Assembly: GCF_009914755.1 (NCBI RefSeq)
Contig: NC_060929.1
Source: the human T2T-CHM13v2.0 reference genome, Homo sapiens
DNA length: 64,000 nt
Reading direction: 5' to 3' (one strand)
Shown one piece after another: positions 55,290 to 64,000 of the stretch (the first letter of the stretch is position 1; each line of letters begins with the position of its first letter). The position numbers and the translations under genes are program-made. The notes under the pieces are model-generated. The model was not told where the DNA came from, searched no databases, and saw only the letters and a program-made list of their open reading frames with translations.

Positions 55290-55726
55290 TGTAGAATTAT
55301 CGGTTCTGGGGATGGCAGGGCACAGTACAACACTTGAGTAGATGAGCTCTTTGTTACTGGAAGCCACATGTGAGAGAAGGCTGCTACACAGGGCCATGCA
55401 GAGCCACACTTGCGGCAGGGTAACAGCAGGCTTAATTATGGCAAGCAGACTGGGATTAGCTGGGTTCCAGAGCTCCCCATGGCTTGGCTAACTTGATGAC
55501 TTATCGGGCTCAGCATAGGGCTGTCCCTATTTATGGGCTTTTAGGATGGGTACCTTGTGGCCTGGAACATGAAGGACACATAAGGAAAGGGTTAGTGTAT
55601 GAACTTAACAGCCGATCAAGGAGGGAAAATGCACAGCCTCTACTCAGGGCATCGAAACTGGGTAAAGACAGTGTTAAGAAAAGAAAAGAAAAGAAAAAAA
55701 AAAACTAAATAAAATCTTGTATTACA
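55290..55726 (-). mobile_element. Probable ERVL LTR (MER54/73/74/88 group)
   Basis: TG...CA-bounded ~440 bp; cagggccatgcag...ggcttggctaacttgatgactt...gggctgtcccta resembles this group. Confidence 0.5.
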
Positions 55727-56497
55727 GTGATGCAATATGCATCTTGACCTGAAAGTCAAATCATGGCAATTCCTCTCCCACCAGAACTTGAACAAATCTC
55801 TTTAATGCTGCAATGTGTTTGTGTCTTTTTTGAGTCATGTGGAAATGCATGAGTTACAGTAATTTTGTAATTGAGTTGAGAAAGAAAATAATCACAAGTG
55901 GGCTTTGAAGACATTTTAAACATTGTTACTGGCATAAAAACTGAAGTTATGTTCAGAGTTGAGATAGGATGATTAAAATACGGTGAGTTCTGCCTATTAT
56001 CTGAAGGCATCTGTGGACAAATTGCTATTGCACCTGTTTCATAGTTTGAAGAAGTGAACAACTAATGGCTCCTCCAGGGTCATTGCATGAAAGAGCATAG
56101 TCAGCAAATGCTTCAGGGTACAAGCCACAATTGAACAAAACCAGCTTGCGTGCTAGGGGCAGATGGTGTTTTGTAATGGAATTATGGGGCTGTATCATCA
56201 CCCTATTTGCCGAGCGCAACTTGAGGTCTTCCCTAAACCCCATGACCAGTGTGAGAAGGCTGTCTATAAACTCACTAGAACTTCGAATAAAAGTTGACTT
56301 GGTTTTTAAGAGAGTAGTAGCAACAGAGATTTGATTCACTTTTTAAAAGTGGGTATTTAATTAGAGATATTAAAAATATTCATTTCTTTTCTCATAGAAA
56401 TCTTAAAATAAATTTTCTCCTATTTGTACTTAGGAAACAAACATCATTATGCTTTATAATATGAGTTACACCAAATAAAGACAGTCTTATTTAACAC

Positions 56498-56610
56498 CAT
56501 ACACACACATATCTAGATATATATTTATATATCTATATGTAGATATATCTATATATAGATGTAGACATATTTATGTCTATGTATACACATATGGTATGCA
56601 AACACATACA
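56498..56610. repeat. (TA)n/(CA)n low-complexity tract
   Basis: Seen directly. Confidence 0.85.
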
Positions 56611-58239
56611 CTAATTTTGTTATTGGAGGAAAGTCACTTTAACTCCTCTGAATGGACCTGATGATTTTCTTTTCCAATGGAAGGAGTTGAACAAGAGCAT
56701 CTTTAAGGTCTTATTTATGTTTTACAGCCTTGGTTATGTTAAGAGTAAAAAAGAAAAATAGAAAGAGGGTTTTATATCTTATAGTTACAGAACATCTCTA
56801 CTTCTTACATTTTAATTTGTTCAGCAAAAGAGACAGTAGCTGATCTCATGTCTTTGCTTTTTTTTCAGAGCTCATAATTTAATATATTTGCATAAAATGA
56901 GGTGGGGAAAGCTAGCTAATCTCCTTTACTTGTAAAATACCTTAAGGAAATTTTTTATTAGTCTACAAGACCCAAGGGCAAGTGTTAATAATAAATAATG
57001 AGAGCATATGGTAGAATGACTGATTCATTTGTGGTCTACCAGTTGTAACCCCTTGTGGAGAAAAAAAAGAATCCAGGCAATAATGTAAAAACAGTCCCTT
57101 ACAGTGCCAGAATCTCTTAAGCCTTACACTATTTGATTCATCTTTAAAATCCCTTTCCAATTAAACATGCGGATACTTGGAATTAAATAAAAGCCTTGGA
57201 GGGGAGGCGAGACTTTTGCTTTTAACATAATTTAAATTACAGGCATCCTAGATTTACGAGCTGGAACTGAAGATTTCCTAAGATCAATTACATCATGCAT
57301 TTTCAAGAAAGATGTAATTCCGCAAAGCCGCTGTGCAAAGCTCAGTAACAATTACCATCAAGAAATACAGATTGGAGACCACACAGCAGTAAAGTACATC
57401 AAGATTTCTCTTCGGAGTACAGGAGATTTCAAAGTAGCCTATGCTGAAGCAATGATTTAGGATTTCCACCCTTAATCTTCTAGCCTACCAAAATAGTTCC
57501 TTAATGAATAGAGGAGCTGAAAATTTTTGTTTGCATATCAGTTTCTTAGTAGCTTTTATTATTATGAATCCACATCTCTATGAAATATTCTTCAGCCCTG
57601 AGAAGAGATTTACAATTCAAACTTTATTTTGAAGCATCCCATTCTTGCAAGAAAGTAAGATCATGCCCTCGAGGGGCTCCATCTGCTAGCAATTCGAGCT
57701 TTGCCAAAACATTCAAATAGCTTAGCGTGTACACACTTCTCCGGAAAATAAACTGCATTCTATTTTTCTTTGCATCCCCAGGTATAACCTGGTGGCTGGC
57801 AGAAGCTGGTCATCAGCAAATCTCTGTGCAGTGGCGGTTCTTGAAGATGAGGCATCAGATTGCACACTTTTGTTATATTTCCTTTGCATTCTGTAATGGG
57901 TTGAACACCTACTTGTCCCAGAGGCAATGTGATGGGTGATTGCTGGATTTGCATACTCTTCTTAAATTATGATTCTTTGTTCATTGAAGTTCAAAGAAAA
58001 CAGTGCATGACTTCCACGTTCCAGCTGCTTATCAAAACTCTTTCTTTGCATTCAGGCAGAGAGAAGTCTGGAGCTCCAGCCTCAGTTTTTTACTCAGGGA
58101 CATATGTGAAGTGTCATCTCATTTCCTCCCCCATGATAAAAAAAATGGGGCAGTTATGCAACAAATCAACTTTGTGCTATTTCCAGGTACATGAGACTGT
58201 CCATGAGATGTGTTTTGAATGCCAAACACCGAATATATA

Positions 58240-58802
58240 GTTATTTTTTAAAGCTTTGTTGAGATATAATTGACAAACAATAAACTGCACAAAATAAAGT
58301 ATACAAATTGATGTTTTGACATACGTATACATCTGTGAAATCATCATTATCCTTAAGATAGCAAACATATTTTTCACCCTTCCAAAATATTTTTTGCACT
58401 GTATTTATTTGAAATTTCCAGCTTTATTGTGATATACTTATGAAAATTATAAGGGTTCAATGTATACAATGTAATGATTGGATACACATGTATACTGTGA
58501 AATGATTCACCACAATCAAATGAGTTAACATATTTATTACCCAAGGTCATTGCTTCCCTTTTTGTTTTATTGTGTTTTTGGTGAGAACATTCAAGCAAAT
58601 TTTAAGTATACAATACAGTATTGTTAACTAAAGTCCCCTGAATTTACTTATCTTGCGACTGAAAGTTTGTACCCTTTGGCCAACATCTTTCCTCTTCCTC
58701 TGCTCCCCTGTCCTTGGTAACCACCAATTTATTCTCTGTTGCCATAAGTCCAACTTTTTTAGATTCTACATATAAGTGAAGTCAGGCAGTATTTGTCTTT
58801 CT
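58240..58802 (-). mobile_element. Two stacked old L1 3' ends (~58240-58400 and L1MA8/9-like ~58405-58802)
   Basis: Two successive agcttt(g/a)ttg..atata starts; cagtattgttaacta; ttagattctacatataagtga. Confidence 0.8.
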
Positions 58803-60192
58803 AATTTTGCTGATGATGAAAATGGAAGAATAATGTAAATTGGCACATTCCCTGAAAATGTGGGACATACCTGGCTTTAGGATTCAGAATATAATAATTA
58901 TCATAAAATTTAAAAATCCATTTTGCTATAATTGTGAATCATCAGGATTAGACTAAGCCAAAAGAAAAACAATCCAAACTTAAAGCAAAAAAGAATAAAT
59001 TATTTTAAGTCTAAAATAGAAAGTTCCAGCATTCTTATTCCCAAACCACCTCCTCAAAGTAGAAAAAGCATAAGCCAACTTTCAAGGGAGACTTTATTTA
59101 TTTTCTCTCATGATGTCATGAGTATGATATTTATTGGACAGAAATAAGACTTGGCTTTGGGAAATCTGAGTTTCCAGACACCCACATTGTGACTACTTTG
59201 CTGTACACAATCAAATGTAATCTTTCTAATGAAATAGGATGCAGGAGTAAGAAAAGATTCTGAGAAAAGTCAAGTTGATATACTAGTCAGCCCCGGTCAC
59301 CTATAACTTACTCTTCTAGCACAGAAATTACATTCCATGCAACATATGCATGGAACACTATATTCACAAATCATACCAATGGTCTACCACCAGGAGAGCC
59401 AGAACAGTACATAAAATTAACAAAAGTAGAAGTGGACTTTCAATGATCTGTGGAAACTCCCTCCTTCGGACTCCTGGAGACTCGCTGGAGAGTGAATTGC
59501 AGGAGGTGGGAAGGACAGGCTATGGCTGCTAAAGAGAGCAAAGTTAACTGATTCTGGAGGAAACTGATCACGTGACCTGGGCCAGTGGGCTACATTCCCC
59601 TCAAGGCACAGGGCTGGTTTTGTTATGTTACCGAACTCCAGAGGCTTTTCTGTTCCTGGTATTGAGTAAATGCTCAACTAGAATTTGTGTAACCTGAATT
59701 TATTAACCGCCTATTATAGTGAATATGGGACATGTATATACTGTCCACCAAAAGCCATGCTTTGGAAGGAAATTGGTTTTGGAATCAGAGAAAATAGGAT
59801 GGGAGGATCCAAGGAAAGATTAGAGTGAAAAGAATCACAATGTCTCTGTCATGACAATGAAAATGTATTCCTCTACAAGGCAGAGGTGAGGACAGCACGA
59901 TGATATTCCTGGGTAGTTATTAATCCCTCTTACAATATAGAAGTCTGGGGCTTCCTAGAAAACCATGGCAAACCAAGTCTACACATACACAACTTCTTCT
60001 TTCCCATGGCTTCCCATCACCAGTAGACTATAGGAAATTACATAAATCATGAGTGCTGGCTGTGCCATGGGGATTTATATTGTTTTTCTCCCTGTCCAAC
60101 TTCCATTCTGCCCTTTTCTGATAATAACAATAACCTCAGGTGATTTTTTGGCTTTGGGTTTTTGTCTTTTTTTTTGAGGAAGAAGCCCTCCT

Positions 60193-60305
60193 TAGGGGGA
60201 GTGACTGTCTCCCTAGGAAGGCTCATGGGATAGAGGGGTTTCCCAGAATACAGGACTTTTAGTGCTAAAGCTAGGTAATTGCCAGGAATTGGGAAGAACC
60301 AGTAA
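60193..60305. mobile_element. MER81-like hAT MITE remnant
   Basis: gaggggtttcccagaatacaggacttttagtgctaaagct matches the recalled MER81 core. Confidence 0.5.
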
Positions 60306-60639
60306 TTCAGTTTCCTTCAGAAATTGCCCGGTGAGAATATGCATCACCCTGCTCTCCTCCTTATGCCCCACACTGCAGGCCAATCAGAATCTCCCTCTTC
60401 TGGAAACTGACAAGAAATATAGCTTGGTTGCCATTCCAAAATAAAACCAAGACAAAACCAAAGATACAAATATTTGAAACTATGCACCCTGAAGGGCTTG
60501 TCCATTGGGTCTCACTTCCTAGGGCCTCTATGGTCTCTGGCTCTAAGGACTGATTGTTTAGCCACCCTGACTCAGTTTAACCAACTCTTCCTCTCACCAA
60601 CCAGAGTGAGCATATGTTACTTGTACCTCCAAACCTCTA

Positions 60640-61800
60640 ACTGGTCCAGAAAATGACACCTGGAATTGAGTGGCACAAGTGAGAAATGCTAACAATGGGA
60701 CTGGCTGAGGCAAGGTAAGTGGAGGTTGTAAAGGATTTTTTATTCCATGCTTGTCCCATGCATTCCATAATAGAGAAATCTGTTATGTGGTAGCATTTTG
60801 TTAAGTAGTTTTCTGTTGTGTCTTGGGACTAATGCCAAGTACCAGTGGTGTCTGAACTTTATAGGATTTGATAGAAAGATGTCAAGGTGTTGCAGTCTCT
60901 AAAATCAATGAGGGAGGAAAACACAGATTTGCAGAGAAAGGAGCTTTCTTCCTAGGGCCAGGAATCTAGGATGACCACTGTGAGCATAGTATTCAACTTT
61001 GGAAAACCCATACTTCCCAATTCTAAATTAAAATTGGTGGTAGTTGAAGACTGAGGACAAGAAATATACCTGAAGAAGAGAGAGGACCTGGGCTACGCTT
61101 GATTCTTCCAGGCCCCCATTTCCTGTCTGACAAATACAGTATTGCATATGGCCTTCCCTAGGATTACACCCCTAGGCCAAGTGCAGACTCCATAGTTTTG
61201 AATTACCTTCAGGTAGAGATCAAGTTCATACTCAACTGAACTTTGTGGATCTGGGCACATATGTAAGGCTTTTTCTAAGAGGCAGGGTATCCCACACTTG
61301 GCCTGGATACAAGAAAAATAAATACTTCTGGATTTAGTCTCTCATTAACTGAGTTGACCAAAGGCAAATCAACGGAAAGTCAACTCCAGCTCCACAGGAT
61401 GTGTTGTCGAAGATACCTGGACTGTGCTGCAGACTAAGGCCTGGGATTGTTTAAACTGCAAGATAATCCTGAGGCCCCCAAACCCAGAGGAAGAAGGTTT
61501 CTATGTGGACTTCCCCAGAAGGGCTAGAACCCTGCTACATCTCTCCAAAGGGTCCTTGGGAAACAACAGACAAGGGTGGGGGCTTCCAGTGGGCAGATTC
61601 ACCACCCAGAGCCCACTCCTCTGCCAGAGCAGTGAGTCCTGCTCTTCTGACCCAGAGGGATGTGGACATTGCTCTTGGCCACTCACCATCGTCATGGTCT
61701 CTTAGCTACATCTCTCTTCCCTTCCCCAGTGGCATCTGCAACTGCACACAAGGCCCGTGATGGCTGCTGCCTCTGAGGAGGAGACCGGGAAAGGCTTCCA
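60640..61800 (+). mobile_element. Possible old MaLR/ERVL internal sequence
   Basis: aactggtccagaaaatgacacc...gggactggct...tgttatgtggtagca resembles an LTR-internal junction; heavily degraded. Confidence 0.3.
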
Positions 61801-62767
61801 AGGACCTTCAATGAAATGTCGACATCTGTTGATTTGTGGTGGATTCACAGTGTTGGTTACATTGTTCTTTGTTTTCCTGTATTTTTAAAATCTTTCTGAA
61901 AGTTAGCTCAAAACACTTTTGTTACTCTTAGTGACTAGCTATACATGATACTTTGCTATTATTGGTGATTCATTCTCTCTGCCTGGAGTAATCACTCCTA
62001 TTAGTAAAAAGGCTTTACCTTTCTTTTTCATAAAACAGTAATTACCATTTATAATTCATAACAAAGATACGCATACAATTATGTGCATATGTATATATGT
62101 ATTTGTGTGTGTGTGTGTGTCACCATTTACTCTGAAATCTGAAGATTCCCTGGACAAGAATTAGAATAAGGAACACCTATGTCATTCTTTTAGGACTTGC
62201 TTCAGCTGCTGTCCCTTCCTCTTTCCAGGGTGACCCAGGAAGGTGATCAGGTTGATAATGTTTTTGCTTCATATCTTTTCTGGATTGAAAATAGTAATTT
62301 TTTTCTCACTTTCTTTAAGCTTCAGGAGAGATTTTCGGTGTGGCTTTAGTGACAAAGCTCAGGAAGAAATCAATTAGAGAACAACGCAAATCAGTTATAG
62401 ACAACACAAGAGAACCCACTGCTAAATTATGCAGAAGACCCCAGCAGCGGGAGAAGTATGCAGGAGACTGATTGCAAGGCCACACAGTTGAGGCAGCCAG
62501 GAATCACTGAATCAGTGAGAAGGACCTCAGGAGTTAGAAAATGAACTCGATGCATGGATTGCTCAGACACCTGGATTCAGTGACAGTGGGGAGCATTTAC
62601 TCATTACATCATAGGAAATCAAGCTTGGGTTCTCTGTTAGTAACTGTGGTTACCCTTGTGGTACAAACATTGCTCTGCCTGTGTGGAGAAAGCTGCACCC
62701 AGCATCTGGATAGTTTTGTCATCGCGGGTGGTCAACTGATGAAGATTTACACTTTAAACCTCAGACC

Positions 62768-63199
62768 TTGTTTTTAAAGAGTATGGAAGAGCACAAAGAC
62801 CACCCAAATGAGAACAAGCCACACTATTTATTCAGCCCTTGATACAGCATTATTATCCTGCTACTATTGCTTGTGTTTAGTGGAGACTTCAAGACAGACA
62901 GGAAAAGCAAATGCTTCATAATGAAAAGCAGGGAAGCTCTGAGTCTACCCTGATCAGAGGCTGCTGGCCTGGGGAAGCTGGAGGTGGCTCCCTAGACAAG
63001 GCATCCTATGGGATTCCTTACTGGTGCATACCTTGGCTTCCTCTAGTGGGTCCTGAGTTGGATTTGGAGGAAAAATTAGGGAAGCTCTTAGTCACTGGCA
63101 AAGTCTTGACCATTCTGAGCCGATTGCTACAGAGGTTGTGGGTCAGAGTTCTGTTGGCACACTTGGTCTGGCCATTGTCTGAGTATATTCAGCCTCTCA
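62768..63199 (-). mobile_element. ERV1 LTR, MER89/90/110 group
   Basis: Reverse start tgagaggctgaatata...agaactctgacccacaacctctgtagcaatcggc...agcttccctaattttt. Confidence 0.65.
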
Positions 63200-64000
63200 A
63201 AAGGAATAACCCACATTTGTTACCATCGTTTTATGAAACATTAATAATGCCTTTAAGGCACGCTAATACATGATGCACATGAAATTTCCTAGAGGGAATT
63301 GAGGGCTGACGCCTAGTTAGCATAAAATAGGTTTATTATTTTAAAACAAAAGGCCAAAAGACCTGTAATGAGGTTTGAGAAGCATCATCACGTGGGTGGT
63401 AATGGGGACAGCCAGCTACCAGGAGGGGGCTGAGCTCAGGCCCTGTTTCTCAGGGTGAGAAGGACCAGCACCACACCACCCACCCCCACACCCCGCCCAT
63501 GGTCACTAAATGCTGCAGAGCAGAATCTGACCCTGGGGTGATGTCCCAGCAAGACTCACAGATGGAAAGGTCATGCAACCAAGAGGCTCGGATGCACTTT
63601 TGCCCCCTACAACATTCTTAGGAGGGCAACTTTGGATCACAGAAAAGATGTCGTCTTTGGCATACTCATATTTGTCCTGTAGCATACAAATAAGGACTTG
63701 ATTTCACGCCGCTTCAGAAAACAGAAAGGAAATTCTGTCCCCTAAAGAGCCAGACCTCCCCTAATGTAGCCTAGCACTAAACCCAGAGAGACCCCAGGTA
63801 GAACACACAGCCTTTCCCTAGCGTCCCATTAGAACTCAGAACGAGAAATAAGGAGGAAGCTGACTCAAGCTGCTCCATCTCACAGAATTGTTCCATGCGA
63901 AGGGCCAAGCACAATTTCCACAGAAGAAAAATACAATATTCCTGGCACATCAATTTCAGGGTTTATTCCTTGAATTTGTATTAAGGAAATGATGATGGAC

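Noticed and set aside
59568-59576. TCACGTGAC E-box (USF/TFE-type)
   Set aside because: A single short motif with no CpG island or motif cluster around it.
63419-63432. CTCF-like CCAGGAGGGGGCTG
   Set aside because: Two mismatches to the core consensus; not supportable from sequence alone.

Overview
This is primate genomic DNA, almost certainly human: it carries Alu, L1PA, THE1/MST/MLT and MER elements, plus one fragment with the L1HS-diagnostic 3'UTR base. It is AT-rich and dominated by repeats, typical of intergenic or deep intronic sequence. I find no supportable host protein-coding gene, RNA gene or CRISPR array. The only protein-like ORFs are broken pieces of an L1PA7-like ORF1/ORF2 (38.9-43.8 kb) and of a Tigger1 transposase (51.8-53.0 kb). 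I see no evidence of a new biological system. The observations most worth following up are structural: a 76-bp L1HS-type insertion with no target-site duplication (29.7 kb); a ~120-bp, ~93%-identical inverted repeat with AP-1 sites (47.2/47.9 kb); a 56-bp-period octamer-like array inside an ERV1 LTR (45.0 kb); a CpG-retaining LTR1; a triple-nested MaLR; and a twin-primed L1 with an Alu in its tail. Subfamily names come from my memory of consensus sequences, not from a search, so they need RepeatMasker/Dfam confirmation. Boundaries without a stated TSD are approximate.
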